Assembly: GCA_030390025.1 (NCBI GenBank)
Contig: CM059431.1
Span: forward strand, 128,962,001-129,026,000
Length of the DNA stretch: 64,000 bases
DNA from: Squalus acanthias
Lineage: Eukaryota
Direction of reading: 5' to 3'
Position 1 is the stretch's first letter; each line of letters opens with the position of its first letter. The notes beneath the pieces are model-generated. The model was not told the origin of the DNA. It saw nothing but the letters and a program-made list of their open reading frames with translations, and searched no databases. The position numbers and the translations under genes were made by a program. This document shows, piece by piece, positions 39,184-51,729 of this stretch.

Positions 39184-39910
39184 TAGAATCACAGAATCAT
39201 AGAATGGTTACAACACAGAAGGAGGCCGTTCAGCCATTCAAGCCCATGCCAGCTCTCTGCAAGAGCACTTCAGCTATTCCCAATCCCCCACCCTTTCCCC
39301 CGTAGCCCTGCAATTTTTTTTCCTTTGGGTACTTATCCAATTCCCTTTTGAAAGCCATGATTGAATCTGCCTCCACCACCCTTTCAGGCAGTGCATTCCA
39401 GATCCTAACCACTCGCTGCACCTTTGATTCTTTTGCCAATCACCGTGTATCTGTGTCCTCTGGTTCTCGACCCTTCCACCAATGGGAACAGTTTCTCTAT
39501 CTAGACCCCTCGTGATTTTGAACACCTCTATCAAATCTCCTCTCAACCTTAAATAACAACAGAAAATACTGGAAACACTCAGCAGGTCAGGCAGCATCGT
39601 GGAGAGAGAAACAGAGTTAACGTTTCAGGTCGATGACCCTTCGTCAGAACTCCTCTCAACCTTCTCTGCTCTAAGGAGAACAACCCCAGCTTCTCTAGTC
39701 TATCCACGTAACTGAAGTCCCTCATTTGTGGAATCATTCTTGTAAATCTTTTTTGCACCCTCTCTAAGGCCTTCACATCCTTCCTAAAGTGCAGTGCCCA
39801 GAATTGGACACAATACTCCATTTGAGGTCGAACCAGTGTTTTATAAAGGTTCATTATAACTTCCTTGCTTTTGTACTCCATGCCTCTATTTATGAAGCCC
39901 AGGATCCTGA
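39184..39910 (-). mobile_element. CR1 3' fragment
   Basis: LYKTLVRPQMEYCVQFW motif and an ATTCTATG-type tail at ~39185-39205. Confidence 0.9.
39551..39650 (-). mobile_element. 100-bp Penelope pLTR piece consisting mainly of a hammerhead ribozyme
   Basis: gtt-CTGACGA-agggtc..gacct-GAAACGTT-aac. TSD CTCCTCTCAACCTT. Matches 17197-17297. Confidence 0.85.
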
Positions 39911-40019
39911 TTTTAACCTGCTCATCTGAGCAAGTGGCAAATGCACCTGCCGGAAGCCAGCGGGGTCCTTCTTTCAATATGCAGATTGGGAACTGATGAC
40001 ATAATCCAGGCAGGCTGTC

Positions 40020-41220
40020 ACAGACCTCTGCATGGTGGTAGTGTGCTGCATCTTGCACAACTTCACAATTCAAAGAGGATTGCACTTGGAGGAGGCAAAG
40101 CAAGATGAATCCTCATTATCTGATGAGAAAGCATTGGGTGAAGGCACGGAAAGAACACAAGAGGAAAGGCCACTGTAAGATCTGGCAGCCAGAGATACTA
40201 GGGATGAATTAATTGCACAGTGCTTTGTTTGACCTACTCAGCCCTCTGAAAAATTATGCAATCCATCTCTGCATTAACAGTCCTTCTTACCTTCTTCACC
40301 ACTTCCTTAACCCATTGAAAATTGAAACCATTCAACCAATCATCATATGTATGATATACTGATAATGCAGACTCATAGGCTGCTATGAAAATCCACTGAA
40401 GATAGATAAAAGTTCCCAATGTGAATCGGTTAATCCTTTAAAGGCAAACACAATAATTGCCTTGGATTCATTTCTCATCCAAGTCTCAAGCATAGAGCCT
40501 ATTTCAAATGATGATTTGCTAACTCTACTAATCCTACGAGGTGCTCCCCAGTGGCTTCAGGATAGCTGGTGGAAGGCTGACGTTGCTCATGTTGAGACCC
40601 TTGAGATCCTCGTGGCCAGCACCCTCAGGAAGCTTGAACCTGAGAAGGTCCGACTTCAGACTGTGGCACTTTGGCTACTGCCAGGCAGTCTCCTTTCTGG
40701 CACCATGATGGGAATTAGTTGAGGGGGTGGCGAAGAAGCAGATGTGCCGACATCCTGAGAGGGCAACATGTGCTGTTCCCATTGCCCCACTGTCATTCCC
40801 CTGGGGTTGGGGCTCATCACTCCCACTGATCTGCACAAGAGCAGACTGCAGAATATGAGTGATCCCTTGAAAGCCCCGATCCATATGGTCCACCAATCCC
40901 TCCAGGGTGGAACATACAGTACATTGGAGCCCAGAATCTGGGTGGCAGCCGCTTGAACTTCCATCAAAGCTGCAAAAGCTGGTGACACAAATTCTTGGTG
41001 TGAGTGCCCAGTTACAGCATCCATGCAGGTTGTCATATGCCCCATGGTAGACCGCAGAGTGCTAATGCCCTGCAACAGGAGGCCACACAAGCTGGATGCA
41101 TACTCCTCCAAATGGCATGTCCTTGGCAGTCTTTCCAATACATTATGTGTGCCAAAAGGATTTTTCTTTTGAAGACTAGGCCCCTGAAGTCTAAATCTCC
41201 ATCCTGTTCAAGGGCTGTGT
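40020..41220. mobile_element. Harbinger remnant: transposase C-terminus (plus) converging on the last Myb exon (minus)
   Basis: MVVVCCILHNFTIQRG plus an acidic tail at 40030-40230. 40450-41200 resembles the Myb last exon at 25200-25690 and 29410-29700. Confidence 0.6.
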
Positions 41221-44200
41221 AAATTTTTCATTTAAATTAAAGGTTGTTCATTTCTGGTAGAGGAGGTAACTGTTTGCAGCTGAGATGAGCACATTTCAGA
41301 AAGACTAAACCTTGTGGATGAATTGGGATTTCCTCAATGTTAGTGGAGTCATTTGCATAAATGTTGTAGGTAATTGGCAATTTAACTGCTTGAGAAGTAT
41401 GAAAGGAGTATTTTTATGTTTTTCAATCATTGGCAGTAAAGAATTTGTATGTGACGATATCACCTACAGGAAAATTGAACTCAGCCACCATTAGATTGGC
41501 AGATATTAAAATCTAAAAAAGGGGTTTAACCTGACCTATGTAATTTTAAAATGTGCTACACATTTAGTGTTAATGTTATCAGTTACTTGTAATTTTATGT
41601 CTGTGAAAGTAAAGTAAGCAATGTATTCTGACAATATAAGTGCAATTTGTGGCAACTCATTGCATGCTCCTCTGTGATTTATTCCAATTATCATTGCTTC
41701 CCAGATCTATATTAAGCTAAAAGTTTTCAGGATTTGTTGTATATTTGGTATTTTATAATTATGTATAAAGGTTCAAGCTTCCATCTGGTATGATTCAGTA
41801 AGGTGCATTTCATGCTAAGTTTCATGATCATGCAAATTAGTAGCAAATTAATTGACTTCTTCTTTAGACTACTCCATTCTCAGATAGAATTTGGCATTAA
41901 TATTATTTTAATACCATGTTTTGGTTGCTGCAGCCTTCCATATGGCTGTCGCTTTTAAGAATATAATCAATGTTATTTCTTTAAAAATAATTTACATTTA
42001 AATCTGTTTTTTTAAATGTGTTGCTGCTAGCATTGGCAGATGCCAGTCACGAACTTTACTGATTTAGCTAACTGTATGCTGTAAATAAATAATAAAGCAC
42101 GGTCTTTCAAACAGAGGAACAACAACTCCACCTACAGGCACTACTTCTGTTACTGTCTGTTTATTTGTGGTATTATTTTTCCTATATAATCTAACACTGT
42201 CACATCCCAGTACAGTATAATTCCAGTACAGTGCTGGCCTACTTTAGAAGTAGAAGATAGTCATTAATAGTACAGTTTAAAGAACCATAAATTTGTGATA
42301 GACCAAAACCTATATGCAAAAATAATTATTGCAATCAAGATGAGGAGTGACAGCAGAACACTTATTTCTAGTTTGCAGCCAGTAGCAACACCAATCATTT
42401 CTAGGTCAGGTATGGCCTTGCCTGGTGCAGTGCAGAAATCCTCCTTACACTACCCTGATTCACAATTGTTAATTATAGAAAATATTCTGCAGGCAATCTG
42501 TTAATGGAATGGGCACAATATAGTCATCATCACATCATCTAAGAAAAACTTGATGCAATTGGCTAACTTGCTAGCAATTGGGATAGACAATAAACCAACA
42601 GCAAAAGCAACTTGCCTTGAGCTATTTTTCTTTTAGGCGTAACCACCAGGTTTTAGTCTCGTTCTGACCATATTGTTTAAATGGGTCTTCCTCTTTAAAA
42701 TAAATGGTGCACACACCCATAAAAGCCTTAGAGTACACCATGAGTGAGGACTGGTGGGTAGCCTGGATTCAAACCCATGTCCTCAAGGTGAAAAGACAAT
42801 ATTCTAGTGCAATATTTCACCCATTCGTCTTGACCACTGTATTCCTTTTATACATTGGGTGTATTCATAATTAGAAAGTCATAGCTACTGCAGCTGCCTT
42901 TGTTCCAGTCTGTCACTATGATTGCATTAAGTGGTTCTGGTTTGCAGCAACACAAATGAGCTTAGATTAGGTAGGTTTTCTTGAATTTCAACAACATCAG
43001 TCACAAACTGGAACAAACAGCTTATGATGATCCTTCTTTAGTCTGCTTTTTGAAGCTTACAGATGTTATATGAATTTTGTGGCACAGCCAGCCTACAGTT
43101 TCTCTATAAGCTTTGGTAAAATGTACAACCATTTTGAAAATATATTTTGCCAGATTGATCGGATAAAGCAGACATGTGGCTGCATTGAGTGAGCATCAGT
43201 TGGTCTTGAATTGTTTTCTCAATAATTAGAACAGTTAAGATTCACAATTACAGAGAAATATTTTTAAGCCTCCAAAAGCTTGCCTTATCTCTAATGCGTG
43301 AGAAACTAAATATATTTACAGATTGTGGAACTAGAGTGACTCCTAATGGTACAGTTTGCAACCACAGCTCTGAGTTCTTACTGAACATACCCTTGAATTA
43401 TACCTTCAAAAATTGATCTTGTAGCCTAAATATTGATGTACATCGCAAGTGTGTGCCCAAATTGTTCTACATGACTTAAGTAATTAACTTGATATTCTGG
43501 CCTTGAATTTCCTCCATATTTGTGCCTATAGACACGTGCAACTAAAAGATCGTGGAAATTTAAGATGTAAGTGAGCTACGTGCGAAAATAACGGCCAAAT
43601 CTCCTCAATCTTTCACAGCCATCTATCGAACACTTTGCCCGAACGCATCTCCGCCCATAAAACTGGCCATGCTCCCAAGTTACAGTGCCTCATATGCGAG
43701 ATTCCTGCAATTGCACTTGTTCAGAGGCTCTCTTCAAATTACGACCAGATTTTCAGGTACATCAGGAAACATAGATATTTTACTGGTGTTTTATTGCCAT
43801 TTTTTCAGTGTTTTAAAAAAATATATTCTCACTGAGACCCGAACAATATCTTCTGTTCCTTTTAATGCATTTTTATGACATCAGTATAAGTCACATTAAA
43901 AAAGCTTCCCAATTGCAGGTTCTTAAACATGCTGTGCCTAATGTACATGAATGATGGTTGAATGAGTTGAAACTTTTATTTTTATACTAATGAAAAAGAT
44001 ATATGGTGTGAGATTGGCGCTTTCCTTGAGTTCCGATTGATTATGCTGATTTACGGCCATTTATGCCATTTTATGTTAGGGCATTAAAAAGATTGTAGCT
44101 GATTCTCCTCCACCTTGCTTCCCAACAGTGCCTGAAAAATGTTTGTAAATCAGAGGAAAAATGGGTGCTAATCTTTTCTTCCCATTCTGATCCTGAATAA

Positions 44201-44412
44201 CACAACACCCCCCCAACTCCCTCTGTGGTTTTTCTGGTGTCTGCTCCTGACTGCGCTTGAAGAAGGTGCAGCAATGCAAATGTCATGCAAAGGAACATCA
44301 GAGAACTTTGCACACAAAATTCCTCTAATGGAACTGAGTCCAGTTTAGGGAAAAACATCCCCCTATAAAAACTTGGCACTACTGCTTCCTGAACTGCTGT
44401 TTCGGCCATATC

Positions 44413-44862
44413 TGTCAGGTGCCAGCCATGGCTCGATGGTAGCATGGTCACCTCTGAATCAGAAGGTCCTCAACCACTCCAGAGACTTGAGCACACAATC
44501 TAGGCTGAAACCACAGTGCAGTAGGGGGTGAGTTCTGCACTGTCGGAGGTGCCATCTTTCAGAAGAGATGTTAAACAGCCCTCTCAGGTGGACGTAAAAG
44601 ATCCCATTGCACTATATCAAAGAACAGCAGAAGAGATCTCCCCGGTGTCTTGGCCAATATTTATCCCTAAACCAACATTCATAAAAAACAGATTATCTGG
44701 TCATGCTCTCATTGCTTTTTGTGCGACCTTGCTGTGCCCAACTTTGCTGCCACATTTCCTACATTACAACAGTGACTACACTTCAAAAGTATTTCATTGG
44801 CTGTAAAGCGCTTTAGGACGTCCTGAGGTCGTGAAAGGCGCTATATAAATGCAAGTCTTTCT
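44413..44862 (+). mobile_element. tRNA-derived SINE (SacSINE1/DeuSINE-like), more diverged copy
   Basis: Collinear with 28161-28630. Confidence 0.85.
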
Positions 44863-45542
44863 TAAGGACAGACTGGTATTGTCACAAAAGGTCTTTATTC
44901 TAGACCAGTGTTTCCCAACCTGTGGTCCGCGGACCACCAGTGGTCCGCGAGGGTACTGCAGGTGGTCCGTGAAAAAATGGTCCAAATCCCTAAAATAAAC
45001 GTGTCTGTTGTCTCCACAGATGTTGAATGACCCGCCGTGTGGTTCCAGTGTTTTTATTGCTGTTTAAAGCTGGATTTTGGGGATGAGCTGATGGAAGTGA
45101 AAACCTGCTGTGGATGGAGGGCGGGTTGGTTTTCTGGAAGGAGCAAATCAACTGGGCCGAAAAATCAGCTCCAGACAAATTCACCAAAATATTCCCCACC
45201 TCACTACCGCACAACGGCAAGTACTGCTCCACTCTACCGTATAAACCCAACCAGTGCCCCCTCAATTCAGCAATCTTCACCAGTGTCCCCACTATTATAC
45301 AACCTCAGATGTGCATGTACGGAGTGTGTGTCTTTGACAGTGGGCTTTATACAACCGCAGCCACCAGTACTCCTGAGTCACACTAAGTAAATCTAGATGT
45401 CATAAATATAAGATCCTCAATAATAAATGCAGGAGGGAATTCAGGAAAAACTTGTTTATGCAAAGAGTGGTTGGAATGTGGAACGCGATACCACAGGTAC
45501 CAGATATCAGTGAGGGGAGCAACGAAGTTTCAGCCGTGAGTT

Positions 45543-45617
45543 GGCTCCGTGGCTTAGTTGGTCAAAGCGCCTGTCTAGTATACTAGGAGAGCCTGGGTTC
45601 GATTCGTAGCGGGGCAT
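45543..45617 (+). tRNA. tRNA-Thr(AGT), probable pseudogene
   Basis: GGCTCCGTGGCTTAGTTGGTCAAAGCGCCTGTCTAGT..GGGTTCGATT..GCGGGGC followed by a T-run. One insertion in the anticodon stem and T-stem mismatches. Confidence 0.85.
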
Positions 45618-45854
45618 TTTTTAAAGAACAAAATATTCTCTTATGATCCCACAGAGGGATCAGGCCGCGAGATAAACTTTTATCAGCAAACCGAAGAAAG
45701 ACAAATTAACAGAAAGATGTGTTGCTTCGCCCAGTGCAAAGGTGAAATGGATGTTATTGAAAATAATTTCCCCCTGACAGTTTGTGTAGATTTTTTGTAA
45801 TGTCTGGATTTTCAATGTCAGGAGAAACTGAAAAAGTAAGAAATAAACTGCTGA

Positions 45855-45928
45855 TGACCCATACAGGGATTAAACCCGTGCCCTTAGCGATATTAGCACC
45901 ACGCTCTAAACAACTGTGATAACAGCTG
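45855..45928 (-). tRNA. tRNA-Ile(AAT) pseudogene
   Basis: CAGTTGTTTAGAGCGTGGTGCTAATATCGCTAAGG..GGGTTTAATCCCTGTATGGGTCA aligns with vertebrate tRNA-Ile(AAT). Acceptor stem and B box are damaged. Confidence 0.78.
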
Positions 45929-48843
45929 TCCGGATTATTCGAGCCCCACGCTGTTTTACTTCTCACACTGGGTCACTGAGTTACTGTACAGATAATGAAC
46001 ACACCACATTCCTTAAACATGATTCCGATATAAAATAATCACTGTTCGATAAAAACCGAGTATGTAAATCGAAAGTAACAGAAAAAGAGAACTTAATTGT
46101 GAAAAGAATGATTGCACCAACATTGAAGAGGAATCTGCCGGCCTCCGCCACACTAATCCTGTGACTGTGGGAGTTTGGTTCGGGCAGAGCTTTGCCTGTG
46201 ACGACACGAACACCCCCCCGCACCCGCCCCCCCCTCCATCCATGTTAAATCTGAAAAGTGTCTGGCAAAAATTCGGAACAGGCGGGGAGGAAGTAACCCT
46301 TCGGAGAGGTTTGTGTTTTTAATTTCAAAACATGTTTTACACACCCTTCCAGGGATTGTCCTGGAGTCCCCTATACTGTTTCAATTGTAGCACTTTCTGA
46401 AATACTACCTGTGTCATGTGTTAGTCAAGAGAGACAGAGGGGAATTAGGCAGCCCAAGCGTCACTGAGCCTTTGCTGTAGTGAAACAGGGGTTCGTTTCA
46501 TGAAACAGTGCTACAGCTTTCGGAAGAGAGAGAGCTTATAGAGACCTGATGGGTTCCACCGAAACAAAACGGCTTGAGGTGTTGGCAGGCAGGACAGATA
46601 GAATGTGGTGAGTGTTTAAACTAGATGTGGAGGTTGTTGCTGTAGTTATTCTATGGAGTTCCTTCAAGGAGGTGAATCTGAATGCAATGGATCAACATGT
46701 ACCCATGCAAAGCAAAGGTACTGAGCGTCATTACAGTCCAGCCTGGTTCAAAGGAACTAACAAACAATTAATCCAGAAGAGAAAAAGGGATTTAAGGCCA
46801 TGACGGTAAATGGCACAGACTTCAGGCGGCTTCAAAACCAGAAGGCAAGACAAGAGTGTAAAAACTGCAACAGAATGGCGAAGAACAACTTCACATTGAA
46901 CATGGCAAGTGAAGAGAAGGGTAATAATAGTGCCAGAGGTAAGTTGTGATATTATTCACAAAATGTTTTAAACGGCTTGCTTACGTTGTGGTCCGCAAAA
47001 GCTTTTGATGACGATGTAGTGGTCCGCATAAGGGACTTTTTGAATAAAATATGGTTTTGCTGCTTCAGGTCATGTTACCGAGTGTTGTTAATCTTTTACA
47101 CTTAGTGATGGAGGTCAAGTTCAATACTGTGCCAGCCCCACCCGCTTTTGCGATATGCCTTATTTGGAGGCAGGTATGGGCCTCCCAAGGGATGGGGAAA
47201 TAACCACAAGTCCCCTTGACACCTGTTGAAGGAATTCAACTGGCGTTCTCCTGAGCCACAAAAACCAGGCTTCCTAACACAGAGCAAGAATCCCTCCTCC
47301 TCTCACTATATAACTGCTCCATCCTGCTTTGAATAAAAAGGGAAGCCTCAGAGTCAAACCAACATCCTCCTTGTATTTCTGCCACATAATTCTTTATACC
47401 CATGCACGTTCTCCCTCTTTGTCCACCAACAGCTTGATACCACGATGTCACCCTCTTACCAGCCCCCTCCAAGGGACACTACGGTTGCTCAGACTGCTGC
47501 TTGGAGTGCTGCTGTCACCTCCTATGGCACAAACACCATCACAGGGAATGGCATCTTTAAATAAAGATGAAGACCACCAACAGGCAATTTACAGCTTTTA
47601 GCAAGTAAAAAATCCCGCTCCCATAAACCATCACTTTTCTCTTGGGACTTCCAATGTCCCTGCCCCTTTAAGGTTGCTGCTGCCTTTAAGGCCCAGACCG
47701 CTCCCAGTGTGCACCTGTTTTATTACAATGAGCCCCAGCAGGAAGATTGGATGCTGACGAGGTTGGTATAGTGTAACGTACTGCTCTACGTTAGTTGCTC
47801 CTGGATAGCGCCAAGAGAAGATCGGCCTTATAATGTTCAAAACAAAAGCGCTCTTGACACCAGAAGGCACAAGCTGTTATTTCAAAAGGTTTGTCCTATA
47901 AACTTTAATTTAGAATTCTGAAAAGTCTGCTGATTATTTCTGTGTGATGTCAAAAATAATTATTAAAATTACCAAAACAAAATTAATACTTAATATTCTA
48001 TATGCTCAGAAATGCTATTTTACTTACTATCATTATTCTGAGCCAAGTAAGCTTGAAATGTTTGGCCACTGGGGGACTGATGTTCAAAATTTTACCTGGG
48101 GAATGGAATCGGTGGAGGGAGGTGGTGTTGGCCAAAGCAGGTGACTGTTAATCCGGCCCCCCTTACCGTGAGGCCCGAGCAATTTTAATTGCTTCCTCAC
48201 TGTCTGAAATCAGATAATGTAGGTGAGTCAAAGACAGTAGGACCTCAGCGGGAAATCACGCTATTGCAGCCCGCCATTGGGGACCCACAGAAATGGCTCT
48301 CGGTACGGTAAGTCAGGAAAGAGAAAGGTCCGGGCCGATCGTGGTTGGAGGAGGGGAAACGTAAAGCCCAGGGCAGAGGACACCCAACGTTTCATCACTG
48401 GGTTGGGAGGATCACTCTTCCTAGCCCACAACGAACATTAAGAAAACTAAATACTATAAAATCTAAACAATGAATAATTACCTGGGCCTCTTTTGGCCAC
48501 ATGATGCTTGTTGCCAGCTTTTGCAGGCAGCTCAGAGACTGCAAGAATCATGTTTTTTCAGAGTTAATATTACATCGGGGTCCACCTTATGTCATCGAAC
48601 CCCGGTATTTTAGCATTTATGAGACCCCGCCCACTGCAGGCTACCGAAACCAAGGAGTTAAAATCCTGAGCTGCGGGAATGCAGCGGGTTTTGCCCGACT
48701 GCCATTTTAACCTCTATCCCACACTGCTACTGCCGTGCGTGCAGGGTTAAAATCAGGGCTTGAAAATGAAGATCAGAGTTCAAGATGCCAGACACGTTGG
48801 GCTAGGGACAGTACTTTGCTTTCAGGTAATATTTCTGTTCAAA

Positions 48844-49541
48844 GGACGTGAAATTCGGTTACGCCCCATTTGGGGGCGGTAACTGAGTCAAGGCCGGACA
48901 TTTAACGCCCGGCGCGGAAGTACTGCCCCGGCCGCTAAATTCGGCTTACTGCCCCGCACAGGAAGTGGAGCGCAATCTCAGGCGCTCCACTTCCTGGTGG
49001 GGTGGTAACCGAGGGGCTGTTGGGGCGCGGTCGGCAGCGCTTGGCGGAGGCTGCCATGTTTCAACGTCCCTCCCCCTCAGTTAAAGCGGAGGGTCGCTGC
49101 GCACTCTGCAGTGCCTCCGATGGCCCACACTAGAGCACCAGGGCGGCGTGGTGTCGTGGCTGCAGCCCGGGACCGAGACGTGGTGCTGGGCTGTGCGATG
49201 GTGGCTAGGACCACACCGCGGCTCACCATGAAGGGTCGACCTGGAGGTCAGCCAAAAAAAGAAAATGGCAGCGCAGGTCGCGGCCTCACATCCCCTTTAA
49301 ATACCGCCCCGCGAGCGTGGGGCAGTAAGGGGCGCTAAGGGGTCGCGGCGCACGGTGATGACGTCATTGCGTGGGGCGCAGTGCTATTGGGTAGCGCCTC
49401 AGCAAAGTCCTGCCATATTTCTCGAGAGACGCTTTTTTAGCACCCCCCCCCCCGCCCCAACCAGGCGATAAGCCCTTTGCGCCCCGTTAGCACCCCCTGG
49501 AGGCGCTAATGGCAGGCGCAAAGGAGCCAAATTTCTAGCCC
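48844..49541. mobile_element. CpG-rich Harbinger-type MITE (related to family B)
   Basis: Ends GAAATTCGGTTACGCCCC and GGCGCAAAGGAGCCAAATTTCTAGCCC, with GCGCC repeats and TGACGTCA. Confidence 0.7.
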
Positions 49542-50035
49542 TTTAAAATGTCTATACTTGAGCAGCAGTTCTGTAACATAGAGCCAGTGGAACAAGAGAT
49601 AACTAACAAACATTAATAACTATCATATGTTGTATCTGTTTATAACGTATAGGAACTAGTGATGATTCTGATCAAATAAACTTCCCTTACAGCAAAATTT
49701 AAAATATGCTCCAAATATTTGAGAGATAGCAACTGAGGACCACTAGTTGCAAAAATAACGGCATTACACAGTTAACAAAGAATAGTTTGCTGCCTTAAAT
49801 TTAGTCACAAAGGGTTTCATTTACTGCATGGAATATTTTATGGAATTCTTTGATAATTAGCATAAAAATATTAGTCCATTATTAAAAGGTATGGTTTCAT
49901 CTGTTAATTATTTTCGACATTTAGATGACACTGTAGATATGTAGATATTGTGCTTTTTTGTGAACATTTCTGTAATACCACCACCAATTCAGTGAACAAA
50001 ATTATTAACTTCACCTCATGACAAACTTTAATATT

Positions 50036-50885
50036 CTTAGAGGGCGCTAATGGGGTGCAAAGCAACTAGCGCCCAGACGCGGCATTGTTTGAGCCGTTCG
50101 CGAAATTGACTAGACATTTTGCAGCGGCGCTAAACACGACCACCACGATCTCCTGCGCCCGCAGATCGTGACGTCAGTCGAGTGTGCAACACCCCGGTAG
50201 CGCCCCGGACCGGATATTGAGTGGCGCCCCCTGCCTTACCACCTGCCACTAGCAACGATAGGTTGACGGGAGCGTTTTGCAGTTGGGAAGGGACTTGGGG
50301 AGCGCTGTTTAAAGGCGACCGCTTCCTGCCTTTTTTTGTTGGCGACATTTTTCCACCACACATTCTGAGAGAGAGAGAGACTCCTGGAGAGATTCAAAGC
50401 TGTGTGAAGCAGTTTTGGGTACTGAGCAGCACTTTGCAGGTTCATTTTGATTTGACTTTCCTTGCATCGATTTAGAAGAGACTGTGGGGGCTGCACTCTG
50501 AGCTCTTTCCCTGGTACTCTCCATTGTTCTTTCCAGCAGATTTGATGTACAGGTCTCTCCAGGCCGAGATTCAAGGCTGCAATGAGCAGGGTGTGGATGG
50601 AGAGCAAGATCACCCCTCCCCTTTAAGAACTGGCCGGCTCCAGTGTGTCTGTGTTCCATTGCTGACTGACATCACATGAGCTTCGCCAGCACTCTGAGGT
50701 AGCGCCTCGCTCCTCGGCGTTAGCGCCTTAAGACAGGTGTGTAGTGCCTGATTTAGCGCTCCAATCCCCTCCAGGGGCGATAAAAGCCAAGTTTGCAGTC
50801 GGAGATGATAATTAGCGCCAGGCGCTAAACTTTGCGCCCGGTCGATAATTGTGCCCCAAACGGGGCGATACCGAATTTCTTCTTC
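50036..50885. mobile_element. Harbinger MITE, family B (left end truncated)
   Basis: Closely matches 37528-38390. Confidence 0.88.
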
Positions 50886-51729
50886 TTAATCTGTCTAAAC
50901 CGATTCCTGGATGAAAGAACTAAGGGGGTAATTTTAAATGTTATTGTCAGGTGAAAAACAGGCAATAGCGAATCGGGTATCTGTTTAACACCCGCCCGAT
51001 TGTCTTTTCCATTGACTTCTCTATGCATTTCTATGTGTGCACTCAAAATCCCATTGGTAACAGTCATGAAATTCTGATAAAGGGTTCCAGCCAAAACAAC
51101 AACATAAGCAGTTTATACTCTTTCAGATGCAGACTGACCTACAATTTATTTCCAGCATTTTCAAATACCACAAATACACAAAGACATTAGAACACAAGGT
51201 ATGGAAGAAAAAGATGCAATAAAAGGTACTGAACAAAGGCAGATAAATAAATGACTATAATTCTCTTTGTAATTTGATGAAATCAGAACAAATTGTCCCT
51301 AAAGCCACATGAGAAATATTTTGGTCAACTAGTTCAGCTCCATTGGTCCCATTCTATCCAGCAACATTACGAAGTAAATAATTACATTTATCTCCTCTTA
51401 TTAACTTCAGGAGTATCCTCTGTCTCAGGCAGTGGGCTAATATTGTATCCATCAAAGTTCATAAGAGATAAGAAATGACATCCAGTGCAAGACCCCTAAG
51501 CATATTTATGTCATTATTTGAGGAGGGAAGAAAAATCTCTGTGCCATAGGAAAAAATGTCTCAGTCACTTTGCCGTGGGAAGGAACTAATGAGAAAACGA
51601 CATTTTATTATATAAAGACAGCAGGCATAAAATTCACCAACAATTTCAGCAGCAAAAGTTTCAAACTAAATACTTCAAAGCTGGGTAAAACTGACATTAG
51701 ATACAGAATTTTTAAATGCTTATAGTGTG

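Larger units (their letters stand above)
44906..47030. mobile_element. hAT (Charlie-type) left end with probable right subterminal repeats; right TIR not found
   Basis: CAGTGTTTCCCAACCTGTGGTCCGCGGACC preceded by TTCTAGAC (NTCTAGAN target). GTGGTCCG recurs three times at the left and twice at ~46988-47030. Confidence 0.55.

Noticed and set aside
39579..40103. 174-aa ORF
   Set aside because: It fuses antisense Harbinger sequence, a CR1 C-terminus and the Penelope piece.
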